Below are positions 39,758 through 48,821 of a DNA stretch of 64,000 nt, one piece after another. The notes below the pieces were generated by a model. That model had not been told where the DNA came from. It did not search any database and saw only the letters and a list, made by a program, of their open reading frames with translations. The translations under genes and the position numbers were made by a program. The DNA lies in the NCBI GenBank assembly GCA_045633725.1, contig JAZQYX010000033.1, positions 9,969 through 73,968 of the forward strand, given 5' to 3'. Source of the stretch: Acutalibacteraceae bacterium (GTDB lineage Bacteria > Bacillota > Clostridia > Oscillospirales > Acutalibacteraceae). Position 1 is the stretch's first letter. Every line of letters begins with the position of its first letter.

Positions 39758-40095
39758 AAAAAGCATCCCCCTTTGTTCAACACATAAGTGTCGAAACAAG
39801 AATTATTCTTTGACAGTGAAAAAATGATAGAGCTACATTTTTCCATCCGTCTATCTTGCTCGATACTCGCCGTTTCCTCGTAATATGCCCTGAACAAAGG
39901 GTTTTTCATAGTTTTCTAAGATAGTCAAAGTATTTAAACTTCAATCAGCCTTAAAGGGTGATTTTTAGGCGTATTTCAGCTGATTGTCACCCATAGGCGC
40001 CATTGTCTTGAAACTACGGCATAAAATCTGAAACAGCACTCTACACAAGATGCTTTGTCGGCAAAAACCGACATATTTAGTTGTTATTAGATAAC
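39758..40095 (-). promoter_or_regulatory. Long structured 5' leader of potABCD (candidate cis-regulatory RNA)
   Basis: About 335 nt lie between the predicted promoter and the potA ATG. There is a 5' hairpin at 40057-40072. Complementary segments are interleaved at 39942-40001. A weak hairpin plus U6 lies at 39819-39855. Confidence 0.45.
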
Positions 40096-40101
40096 ATTAC
40101 A

Positions 40102-40130
40102 AATATATAATATAATCTTAGAAATGTCAA
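40102..40130 (-). promoter_or_regulatory. SigA-type promoter of potABCD
   Basis: The minus strand reads TTGACA (40125-40130), a 17-nt spacer, then TATATT (40102-40107). Confidence 0.65.
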
Positions 40131-40201
40131 TAGTATTTGTTGATGTGAAAATAAACCAAAACAGAAATTTGAAATTATGGCTAAATAATGTAAAAAAACA
40201 C

Positions 40202-40230
40202 TTGATTTTTAAAAGTGTTTGTGATATAAT
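40202..40230 (+). promoter_or_regulatory. SigA promoter of rpsB-tsf with extended -10
   Basis: TTGATT (40202-40207), a 17-nt spacer ending in TGA, then TATAAT (40225-40230). Confidence 0.75.
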
Positions 40231-40236
40231 TTATCG

Positions 40237-40366
40237 GCTAATGAGAAATTAGCAAATAAAAACACACACTCCGTTTAATAACGGCGACTTTTCGCAGGTG
40301 TCACCCAATACTGTCGGGTGATTTCTAATCGGCGGAGTGGAGGAAAATTCTTAGGAGGAAAAACAA
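40237..40366 (+). promoter_or_regulatory. Structured 5' leader of rpsB (candidate ribosomal-protein autoregulatory leader)
   Basis: CACTCCG (40267-40273) pairs with CGGAGTG (40333-40339) and encloses the hairpins GCGA/TCGC and TCACCC/GGGTGA. The closing strand abuts a GGAGG-like element just upstream of the true SD (40353-40358). Confidence 0.5.
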
Positions 40367-41122
40367 ATGGCAGTAGTATCAATGAAACAGTTGCTTGAAG
40401 CCGGTGTTCATTTCGGACATCAAACAAGACGCTGGAATCCGAAAATGGCTGAGTACATTTTCACAGAAAGAAACGGAATCTATATCATCGACCTTCAAAA
40501 GACCGTTAAAAAACTTAACGAAGCTTATATGTTTGTTCGTGACATTGCAGCTGAAGGCGGCGACATTCTTTTCGTAGGTACCAAGAAACAGGCCCAGGAT
40601 TCTGTTAAGGAAGAAGCAGAGCATTGCGGTATGCCCTATGTTAACGCTCGTTGGCTTGGCGGTATGCTTACAAACTTCTCTACAATCCGCACCAGAATTG
40701 CAAGACTTAACCAGCTCCGCACTATGCGTGATGACGGTACCTTTGAACTTCTTCCCAAAAAAGAAGTTGTAAAATTAAACCTTGAAATTGAAAAGTTAGA
40801 AAAATTCCTTGGCGGTATTCAAGATATGAAGAAGACTCCCGCAGCGCTCTTCATTGTTGACCCCCGCAAAGAAAGAATCGCAGTTGCAGAAGCTAAAAAG
40901 CTTGGTCTTCCGATCATCGCTATCGTAGACACTAACTGTGATCCTGATGAAATTGATGCAGTTATCCCCGGTAACGACGATGCTATCCGTGCAGTTAAGC
41001 TTATTTCTGAAACTATTGCTGCTGCAGTAATCGAAGGCAGACAGGGTACCGAAATGGGTACCGCTGCTACTGAAGAAGCAGAAGTAGCTGAAGAAACAGA
41101 AGAAACTGCTGACGCTGAATAA
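40367..41122 (+). CDS. rpsB: 30S ribosomal protein S2
   Basis: [22 protein letters not shown] signature. Confidence 0.97.
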   Translation: MAVVSMKQLLEAGVHFGHQTRRWNPKMAEYIFTERNGIYIIDLQKTVKKLNEAYMFVRDIAAEGGDILFVGTKKQAQDSVKEEAEHCGMPYVNARWLGGMLTNFSTIRTRIARLNQLRTMRDDGTFELLPKKEVVKLNLEIEKLEKFLGGIQDMKKTPAALFIVDPRKERIAVAEAKKLGLPIIAIVDTNCDPDEIDAVIPGNDDAIRAVKLISETIAAAVIEGRQGTEMGTAATEEAEVAEETEETADAE

Positions 41123-41145
41123 TTTTATACTTGGAGGAAACTAAA

Positions 41146-42057
41146 ATGGCTTTTACCGCTAAAGACGTACAGGCTTTAAGAGAAAAAACCGGTTGCGGTA
41201 TGATGGACTGCAAAAAGGCTCTTGTTGAATGCGACGGCGATATGGATGCCGCAGTTGACTATTTACGTGAAAAAGGTCTTGCTTCACAAGCTAAAAAGGC
41301 TACACGTATTGCTGCTGAAGGTACAGTTGCTGTATACACCGCTGACGATGTGGGCGCAGTTGTTGAAGTAAACAGTGAGACCGACTTCGTTGCTAATGGC
41401 GAAGGCTTTAAGGCTCTCGCTGCTGAGATTGCACAGATCGTTGCAGAACAAAACCCTGCTGATGTTGACGCTCTTCTTTCTTGCGAAAAAGATGGTCAAA
41501 CAGTTGAAGCAAAAGTACAGGAATTATTCCTTGCTATTCGCGAAAACATTAAGGTTCGCCGTTTTGCCCGTTTTGAAGGCAAGGTTGCTTCCTATGTTCA
41601 TATGGGCGGCAAAATCGGTGTTCTTGTAAACTTTGAAACCGAAGCTGATATTAATAACGAAGTTGTTGCTACCGCAGGTAAGAGTGTTGCAATGCAAATT
41701 GCCGCTATGAACCCCGGCTTCTTAGACAGAGCTTCCGTATCAGACGAAGTTCTTGAAAAAGAAAAGGCTATCCTTATTGCTCAAATGAAGGAAGACCCCA
41801 AAATGGCTGGCAAGCCCGATGCTGTTCTTGGTAAAATAGTTGAAGGTAAAATCGGTAAATTTTACAAGGAAAACTGCCTTGTTGAACAACAGTTCATTAT
41901 GGATGGCGACATCACTGTTGAAAAGTATCTCGCAGGTATTGCTAAAGAAATCGGCACAGACCTTAAGATTACAAGCTTTGTTCGTTTTGAAAAAGGCGAA
42001 GGTATTGAAAAGCGCGTAGACGACTTTGCTGCTGAAGTAGCAGGTATGGTAAAATAA
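41146..42057 (+). CDS. tsf: Translation elongation factor Ts
   Basis: MAFTAKDVQALREKTGCGMMDCKKAL UBA-like N-terminus. ATG 41146 lies after GGAGG. The ORF track uses TTG at 41131. Confidence 0.95.
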   Translation: MAFTAKDVQALREKTGCGMMDCKKALVECDGDMDAAVDYLREKGLASQAKKATRIAAEGTVAVYTADDVGAVVEVNSETDFVANGEGFKALAAEIAQIVAEQNPADVDALLSCEKDGQTVEAKVQELFLAIRENIKVRRFARFEGKVASYVHMGGKIGVLVNFETEADINNEVVATAGKSVAMQIAAMNPGFLDRASVSDEVLEKEKAILIAQMKEDPKMAGKPDAVLGKIVEGKIGKFYKENCLVEQQFIMDGDITVEKYLAGIAKEIGTDLKITSFVRFEKGEGIEKRVDDFAAEVAGMVK

Positions 42058-42076
42058 TTTTACTAAATAACTATTA

Positions 42077-42105
42077 AAGGCTCGGTAAAAACCGAGCCTT
42101 TTTTC
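42077..42105 (+). terminator. Rho-independent terminator after tsf
   Basis: AAGGCTCGG / CCGAGCCTT hairpin followed by TTTTT. Confidence 0.85.
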
Positions 42106-42122
42106 TATGTTTATAATAATTG

Positions 42123-42932
42123 TTATTTGCTTAATTCCTTAGTACGCTTATAAGAAGCCTTTAAAGCCGCATTTACATTAGCGTCAAAATCAGAATTAAA
42201 AAGCGCATTTACTCCTTCGATTGTGGCGCCACCCTTACTGCAAACCGCTTTTCGTAAGGTTTCGGGGCTCTCACCACTTTGCAGCATTAACTTAGCAGCG
42301 CCTACTAAGGTTTGTGCGGCATATTCTATAGCCTTATTTCTTTCAAGGCCTAATTCTTCGCCTGCTTTAGCCATACTCTCAGCAAACATATAAACAAATG
42401 CCGGTCCGCAACCCGAGATAGAACACCCCGCATCAATAAGTGTTTCCTCTATTTTATCTAACTTACCCGAAAACTTCAAAATTTCTAAAAACTCTTTTTC
42501 TTCCGTATCACTTATAACCTTGCATAGCGAATATAAAATCATACCTTCACCTACCGCAACAGGAGTATTTGGCATAATACGGATTGTTGGAAGCTTATCG
42601 CCTATCATTTCGCTTAGCGTAGAAATTTCAATTCCCGCTGCCATGGTGACTAATATAAACCTATCATTACGCTCTTTTAAAATATCGGCAATATCACTTA
42701 TTAAATCGGCCATTCCTTGCGGTTTAACACCTAAAAAGATATACTTTGCAGTTTTAGCAATATCGTTAACACTGACAACACTTCCACCTATTTGTGTAGC
42801 AAGGGCATTAGCTTTTTGGTTGTCCATATCGGTAAGCAAAATATCCGTTTTCCCCGATTTTGCAACCGCTTTAGCCAAAGCACCGCCCATGTTACCACAA
42901 CCGATAAAACCTACCTTAATTTTTTCCATCAT
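42123..42932 (-). CDS. proC: Pyrroline-5-carboxylate reductase
   Basis: IGFIGCGNMGGALA NADP fold and C-terminal SKGGATIEG motif. Confidence 0.92.
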   Translation of the reverse strand: MMEKIKVGFIGCGNMGGALAKAVAKSGKTDILLTDMDNQKANALATQIGGSVVSVNDIAKTAKYIFLGVKPQGMADLISDIADILKERNDRFILVTMAAGIEISTLSEMIGDKLPTIRIMPNTPVAVGEGMILYSLCKVISDTEEKEFLEILKFSGKLDKIEETLIDAGCSISGCGPAFVYMFAESMAKAGEELGLERNKAIEYAAQTLVGAAKLMLQSGESPETLRKAVCSKGGATIEGVNALFNSDFDANVNAALKASYKRTKELSK

Positions 42933-44158
42933 CTCACCTGACCATTGCCTTCAATAATATATTTATAAGTATTTAATTCCATAAGTCCCATAGGTCCCCT
43001 TGCGTGAAGTTTTTGGGTAGAAATACCCATTTCACACCCAAGACCAAACTCGCCACCATCAGTAAAACGAGTAGAAGCATTTACATAAACCGCCGCCGAA
43101 TCCACAATTGAAGTGAACATTTTTGCCGCCACCGAATCGGTAGTTATGATGCTTTCGCTATGGTGGGTAGAATGTTCTGCTATATGCTCTATGGCACCCT
43201 TTACGCCGTCAACAATCTTTACCGCCATTATGTAATCCAAAAACTCGGTATCAAAATCATCATCTGTAGCCGGTGTTGCATTTATTATTTTACATACTTC
43301 ACTATCTCCCCTAAGCTCTACCTTACCCTCAAACATATCATAAAGCTTGGGTAAAAATTCCTTTGCTACCGCCTTATCTACAAGGCAGGTTTCCATAGCA
43401 TTACAAACTGACGGACGGCTTGTTTTAGCATTATTTATAATATTAAGCGCCTTATCTATATCGGCGGTTTTTTCAACAAATATATTGCAAATACCAGTAC
43501 CTGTTTCAATACAAGGCACAGTGGCATTTTCGGTACAGGCTTTTATTAGCCCCTTACCGCCACGCGGAATAAGTAAATCTATATAGCCTACCGCAGTCAT
43601 AAGCTCGTTAGCGCTATTACGTGTTATATCCTCTAAAAGATTAACATAATCTTCACTGACACCACTATTTTTTAGACCTATTTTTAAGGCATCCACTATA
43701 GCTTTTGAAGAATTATAAGCCTCTTTACCACCTCTAAGCACACAAACATTACCGCTTTTGAAGGCAAGCGCAGCCGCATCGGAAGTAACATTGGGCCGGC
43801 TTTCGTAAATAATTGCTATAACACCAAAAGGCACCGATACTTTATTTACTTTTAAGCCGTTTTGAAGCTCTACGCGGGATAAAACCTTACCTACACCATC
43901 GGGCAAAGCGGCAACATCTAAAATACCCTTTGCCATACCAACAATCCGTTCTTTTGTAAGGGCAAGCCTGTCAATCATAACATCGCTTATTTTATCCTTG
44001 GCGTTTTCTATATCAATTTTATTAGCCGCTAAAATTTTATCACTATATGAAAGCAAAGCCTCTGCCATTTGGGACAAGGCTTTGTTTTTTTGGTCGGTTG
44101 TAAGCACACTCTCACGCGAGAGCTTTTTTGCTTTCTTTAAAACTTCAAATGTAGTCAT
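42929..44158 (-). CDS. proA: Glutamate-5-semialdehyde dehydrogenase
   Basis: Aldehyde dehydrogenase fold, catalytic Cys context (TSRPSVCNAMETCLV), and the end motif LNTYKYII.GNGQVR. Confidence 0.92.
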   Translation of the reverse strand: MTTFEVLKKAKKLSRESVLTTDQKNKALSQMAEALLSYSDKILAANKIDIENAKDKISDVMIDRLALTKERIVGMAKGILDVAALPDGVGKVLSRVELQNGLKVNKVSVPFGVIAIIYESRPNVTSDAAALAFKSGNVCVLRGGKEAYNSSKAIVDALKIGLKNSGVSEDYVNLLEDITRNSANELMTAVGYIDLLIPRGGKGLIKACTENATVPCIETGTGICNIFVEKTADIDKALNIINNAKTSRPSVCNAMETCLVDKAVAKEFLPKLYDMFEGKVELRGDSEVCKIINATPATDDDFDTEFLDYIMAVKIVDGVKGAIEHIAEHSTHHSESIITTDSVAAKMFTSIVDSAAVYVNASTRFTDGGEFGLGCEMGISTQKLHARGPMGLMELNTYKYIIEGNGQVR

Positions 44159-44925
44159 AACTTAACACCCTTAAAACGAGTACCAACATCCTTACCTTCA
44201 ACAATTGAGTAAAGTATGGACGGGTTATTACCATTTGCAATTACCATATCTATACCGCACTGTGTAACGATTTTTGCCGCCTTAAGCTTAGTAGCCATGC
44301 CGCCGGTACCGAGTTTGCTACCTACACCGCCCACCATTTGTTCAATCTCGGGAGTTATTTTATCCACTGTATGTAAAAGCTTAGCATCATTGTTTTTACG
44401 CGGGTCCTTGGTATAAAGACCGTCAATATCACTTAATATTATAAGCAAATCGGCTTCGCTTGCAGTTGCAACAATAGCGCCCAAAGTATCGTTATCGCCT
44501 ATTTCGATTTCGTTAGTAGAGATTGTATCGTTCTCGTTAATAATTGGAATAGCCGAAAGCTCTAACAAACGGTACATTGTGTTTGTAAAGTTTGCTTTGC
44601 GGTCGGCATGCTCAATATCGTCACCTGTAAGCAATATTTGTGCTACTGTATGGTTATACTCCGAAAAAAGCCTATCATAAGTGTACATAAGCTCGCACTG
44701 CCCAACAGCCGCTGCCGCCTGCTTTGTAGGAATATCGGCTGGCCTTTTAACAAGCCCCAACTTTCCGCAACCCATACCGATAGCGCCCGAAGACACCAAT
44801 ATCACTTCGTTTCCTGCGTTTTTAAGGTCACTCATAACCTTGCAAAGCTCTTCTACACGCAAAATATTTAAAAGACCTGTAGAATGAGCTAAGGTTGATG
44901 TGCCTATTTTTATTACTATACGCAT
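44155..44925 (-). CDS. proB: Glutamate 5-kinase (short form without PUA domain)
   Basis: Amino-acid kinase motifs IKIGTSTL, LVSSGAIGMG and NDTLGA. The protein is 256 aa and ends right after the kinase domain. Confidence 0.9.
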   Translation of the reverse strand: MRIVIKIGTSTLAHSTGLLNILRVEELCKVMSDLKNAGNEVILVSSGAIGMGCGKLGLVKRPADIPTKQAAAAVGQCELMYTYDRLFSEYNHTVAQILLTGDDIEHADRKANFTNTMYRLLELSAIPIINENDTISTNEIEIGDNDTLGAIVATASEADLLIILSDIDGLYTKDPRKNNDAKLLHTVDKITPEIEQMVGGVGSKLGTGGMATKLKAAKIVTQCGIDMVIANGNNPSILYSIVEGKDVGTRFKGVKL

Positions 44926-44945
44926 ATTTTTACTTCCCTTATATT

Positions 44946-45932
44946 TTAAAGTATAGTTGCCGCCATAACCGCCTTTATTGTATGCATACGGTTTTCAGCT
45001 TCTTGGAATACAATAGACTGACTGCTTTCAAAAACAGAATCAGTAACCTCCATTTCGGTTATACCGAACTTCTCGCCAACCTGTTTACCTAAGGTTGTCT
45101 TTAAATCGTGGAAAGAGGGCAAGCAGTGCATAAATACTGCCTTTTCCCCTGCGTTTTTCATAATTTTATCATTAACCTGATATGGTATTAAATCGCGAAT
45201 TCGTTCTTCCCAAACACTATCAGGCTCGCCCATAGAAACCCAAACATCGGTTGCAATAACATCGGCATTTCGGGTAGCTTTCATTGGGTCGGTTTCGAAG
45301 GTAATACTACCGCCGTTTTCCTTGGCTATTTCTAAGCACTTTTCAATAAGTTCCTTTTCGGGGAAGTATTTTTCGGGTGCACAAATAGTAATATTTACAC
45401 CCAATTTTGCACAAGCTACCATATATGAATTACCCATATTGTAACGGGCATCACCCATATAAACAAAGTTTATGCCTTCTATTTTGCCAAAGTGTTCTTT
45501 AATGGTTAAAAAGTCAGCAAGCATTTGTGTTGGGTGGAATTCGTTAGTAAGACCATTCCAAACAGGAACACCTGCATACTTCGCCAATTCTTCAACAATT
45601 TCCTGACCGAAGCCACGGTACTCAATACCGTCGTAAATTCTGCCTAAAACCCTTGCGGTATCGGCAATACTTTCCTTTTTACCTATTTGGGAGCCCTGAG
45701 GGTCCAAATAAGTAACACCCATACCTAAATCGTATGCCGCAACCTCAAAACTGCAACGCGTACGGGTACTTGTTTTTTCGAAAATAAGCGCAATATTCTT
45801 GCCCTCGCACAAACGATGCGGGATACCCGCTTTTTTCTTATATTTAAGCTCACTTGCTAAATCTATAAGGCATTCAATCTCACTTTTAGAAAAATCAAGA
45901 AGCTTTAAAAAGCTTTTGCCTTTAAAATCCAT
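44946..45932 (-). CDS. argF: Ornithine carbamoyltransferase
   Basis: [17 protein letters not shown] and HCLP motifs. Confidence 0.92.
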   Translation of the reverse strand: MDFKGKSFLKLLDFSKSEIECLIDLASELKYKKKAGIPHRLCEGKNIALIFEKTSTRTRCSFEVAAYDLGMGVTYLDPQGSQIGKKESIADTARVLGRIYDGIEYRGFGQEIVEELAKYAGVPVWNGLTNEFHPTQMLADFLTIKEHFGKIEGINFVYMGDARYNMGNSYMVACAKLGVNITICAPEKYFPEKELIEKCLEIAKENGGSITFETDPMKATRNADVIATDVWVSMGEPDSVWEERIRDLIPYQVNDKIMKNAGEKAVFMHCLPSFHDLKTTLGKQVGEKFGITEMEVTDSVFESSQSIVFQEAENRMHTIKAVMAATIL

Positions 45933-47317
45933 TATTTTTCACCCTCCAAAAAATCGGATAAAAATTTAATTTGTGTTTCCACCGATTGCGGTCCTGTACC
46001 ACCCGCCGAAATACGCTTGTTAACACAACCTTCAAGCGAAATTTCGTCGTATAAATCACTATCAAATAAACTGTCAAACTCTTTATACTTTTCAATAGGT
46101 AAATTATCAAGCACAAGGTTTTCCTTAATGCAATACGCTACGATTTCGCCTACATGCTTATAAGCTGTTCTGAAAGGCATACCCTTTTTAACAAGATAAT
46201 CGGCCAAGTCGGTAGCATTGATAAAGCCCTTTTGCGCCGCCTTATACATATTGTCTTTAAGAACTGTCATTGTAGCTATCATAGGTGTAAATACGCCTAA
46301 ACACATTTTAACAGTATCAACCGCATCAAAAATAGCTTCCTTATCTTCTTGCATATCCTTATTATACGCAAGTGGCAAACCCTTTAATGTTGTAAGCAAT
46401 GCCATAAGGTCGCCGTATACTCTACCTGTTTTGCCACGCACAAGCTCTGCCATATCAGGATTTTTCTTTTGTGGCATTATGCTTGAGCCTGTAGTATAAC
46501 TATCGTCTAATTCAATAAACTTAAATTCCCAGCTTGACCAAAGAATAATCTCTTCCGAAAAGCGTGAAAGGTGCATCATTAAAATAGAGAATGCCGACAT
46601 AAGTTCAAGGCAAAAATCTCTGTCCGAGACACCATCAATACTGTTAAGCGAAATACCGCTAAAGCCTAATCTTTTGGCCTCAAACTCACGGTCTGTATTG
46701 TATGTAGTACCTGCAAGAGCGCAAGAGCCTATAGGACACTGCGAGAACATTCTGTCAAGCGCATCACCGATTCTTTCAAAATCGCGCTTTAGCATAAATG
46801 CGTAGGATAAAATATGGTGAGCAAAGGTTATTGGTTGCGCCCTTTGAAGATGGGTATAACCCGGCATTATAACATTGGTAGTCTTTTCTGCCTGATTTTT
46901 AATAGCCTTTATTAAATTTTTAATAAGTCCGCCGATTTCATCGCATTCCTGCAACATATAAAGCCTTATATCAAGCGCAACTTGGTCGTTACGACTTCTT
47001 GCAGTGTGAAGCTTTTTACCGTTATCACCTATGCGCTTAGTAAGCTCACTTTCAACAAACATATGTATATCTTCGGCATCCATATCTATAGAAAGTTCAC
47101 CGCTTTCAATATCTTGTAAAATACCGCTAAGGCCGTTTAAAATCTCACTATATTCATCCTTCGTAATGATACCCTGATTTGAAAGCATCATAGCGTGCAC
47201 CATAGAGCCGGTAATATCCTGCTTGTACATTCTATGGTCAAAATGAATCGAAGAATTGAAGTCATCAGCCTGTTTATCTAAGGCTTTTTGGAATCTGCCT
47301 GCCCACATTTTTTCCAT
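45932..47317 (-). CDS. argH: Argininosuccinate lyase
   Basis: MWAGRF N-terminus and the fumarate lyase signature [12 protein letters not shown]. Confidence 0.95.
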   Translation of the reverse strand: MEKMWAGRFQKALDKQADDFNSSIHFDHRMYKQDITGSMVHAMMLSNQGIITKDEYSEILNGLSGILQDIESGELSIDMDAEDIHMFVESELTKRIGDNGKKLHTARSRNDQVALDIRLYMLQECDEIGGLIKNLIKAIKNQAEKTTNVIMPGYTHLQRAQPITFAHHILSYAFMLKRDFERIGDALDRMFSQCPIGSCALAGTTYNTDREFEAKRLGFSGISLNSIDGVSDRDFCLELMSAFSILMMHLSRFSEEIILWSSWEFKFIELDDSYTTGSSIMPQKKNPDMAELVRGKTGRVYGDLMALLTTLKGLPLAYNKDMQEDKEAIFDAVDTVKMCLGVFTPMIATMTVLKDNMYKAAQKGFINATDLADYLVKKGMPFRTAYKHVGEIVAYCIKENLVLDNLPIEKYKEFDSLFDSDLYDEISLEGCVNKRISAGGTGPQSVETQIKFLSDFLEGEK

Positions 47318-47364
47318 TTTACCTATACATTCCTTTCAGTAAAAACGAGATATGAAAAATGCTC

Positions 47365-47392
47365 AACAGTACCGATAAAAATCGGTACTGTT
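47365..47392 (-). other. Perfect 12-bp hairpin in the argG-argH spacer
   Basis: AACAGTACCGAT (47365-47376), an aaaa loop, then ATCGGTACTGTT (47381-47392). No clean U-tract is adjacent on the minus strand. Confidence 0.5.
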
Positions 47393-47403
47393 TTACTTTG
47401 CAA

Positions 47404-48633
47404 TTATTTTAAGTTGTTCTTAGCTCTCATTTTAGCATTAACTTTTGTTGCCAGACCATAAAGATTGATAAATCCTGCTGAATCTTTTTGATCATAAACA
47501 TCATCTTCATCAAAGGTTGCAATTTCACTATCATAAAGTGAATAAGGTGAAAAAACACCTGCGTTAATCATATTGCCCTTATAAAGCTTTAAAGTAACAT
47601 CACCTGTAACGGTCTTTTGGGTTTCCTTGACAAAAGCCAAAATAGCCTGAGTAAGTGGCGTAAACCATAAAGCGTTATATACATTTTCGCCCAATTTTTG
47701 AGCAACCAAAGCCTTATAATGAGCAGTATCTTTATCAAGGCAGATGGTTTCAAGTACACTGTGTGCCTTATAAAGAATTGCGCCACCGGGAGTTTCATAA
47801 ACACCACGGCACTTCATACCAACAAGTCGGTTTTCAACAATATCAAGAAGGCCTATTCCGTTTTCACCGCCAAGCTTGTTAAGTGTAGTAACAATACCTA
47901 CAGAATCCATCTCCTTGCCATCAATAGCGGTGGGGATACCTTGTTCAAAATGGATTGTAACATAGGTTGGCTTATCAGGTGCCATTTCGGGAGAAACGCC
48001 CATTTCTAAGAAACCGGGCTTGTTATATAAAGGCTCGTTTTTGGGGTCTTCTAAATCAAGGCCTTCGTGGGATAAGTGCCAAATGTTTTTATCCTTAGAA
48101 TAGTTGGTTTCGCGGTTGATTTTTAGCGGAACATTGTGAGCTTCAGCATATTCGATTTCTTCTTCTCTTGACTTAATATCCCATTCGCGCCAAGGAGCGA
48201 TAATAGGCATATCGGGTGCAAAATTCTTAATAGCAAGCTCAAAACGAACTTGGTCATTACCCTTACCTGTGCATCCGTGACAGATAGCGTCAGCACCTTC
48301 AGCAATTGCAATTTCGGCAATCCTTTTAGCTATAGGCGGACGCGCAAAAGCAGTACCTAAAAGATAATCTTCATATAAAGCGCCTGCTTGTACGCATGGA
48401 AATACATAGTCGTCTAAAAATTCTTTAGTTAAATCTTCTATGTAAATTTTAGAGGCGCCTGTTTTGATAGCCTTTTCTTCAAGGCCCTCAAGCTCGTCCG
48501 ATTGACCAACATTACCCGATACCGCAATGATTTCGGGATTATTATAGTTTTCCTTAAGCCAAGGAATAATAATTGATGTATCAAGACCGCCCGAATAAGC
48601 AAGTACTACCTTTTTAATTTTGTTTTTATTCAT
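47404..48633 (-). CDS. argG: Argininosuccinate synthase
   Basis: [13 protein letters not shown]-loop. ATG 48633 lies 7 nt after GGAGGA. The ORF track extends to 48663. Confidence 0.93.
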   Translation of the reverse strand: MNKNKIKKVVLAYSGGLDTSIIIPWLKENYNNPEIIAVSGNVGQSDELEGLEEKAIKTGASKIYIEDLTKEFLDDYVFPCVQAGALYEDYLLGTAFARPPIAKRIAEIAIAEGADAICHGCTGKGNDQVRFELAIKNFAPDMPIIAPWREWDIKSREEEIEYAEAHNVPLKINRETNYSKDKNIWHLSHEGLDLEDPKNEPLYNKPGFLEMGVSPEMAPDKPTYVTIHFEQGIPTAIDGKEMDSVGIVTTLNKLGGENGIGLLDIVENRLVGMKCRGVYETPGGAILYKAHSVLETICLDKDTAHYKALVAQKLGENVYNALWFTPLTQAILAFVKETQKTVTGDVTLKLYKGNMINAGVFSPYSLYDSEIATFDEDDVYDQKDSAGFINLYGLATKVNAKMRAKNNLK

Positions 48634-48674
48634 AATAAATTCCTCCGTATGCACAATATGCACTGCTTTTTAAT

Positions 48675-48768
48675 ATTTATGCATAAATTATATCATATAT
48701 TGAATGTTTATGCAAGTATTTTTGAGTAATTCTTGCATTTTAACATAAATTCACAGAATATTTATGCA
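48675..48768 (-). promoter_or_regulatory. argG promoter with repeated TTTATGCA (ARG-box-like) operators
   Basis: The minus strand reads TTGCAT (48710-48715), a 17-nt spacer, then TATAAT (48687-48692). TTTATGCA occurs at 48676, 48707 and 48761, and TCTTGCAT at 48731. A 14-bp palindrome ATTTATGCATAAAT lies at 48675-48688. Confidence 0.6.
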
Positions 48769-48821
48769 TTTTTATACAAGTTTAACAACTAATGTATTAT
48801 TGGGTATCTGCAACACTCTTT

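Noticed and set aside
39715-39909. 64-aa minus-strand ORF overlapping the potA start, considered as a leader peptide
   Set aside because: There is no SD upstream of its ATG. It overlaps potA out of frame by over 40 nt, and its composition is unremarkable. The region is better explained as untranslated structured leader.
42520-42957. 145-aa plus-strand ORF
   Set aside because: It is antisense to proC and the proA end. It is a shadow ORF.
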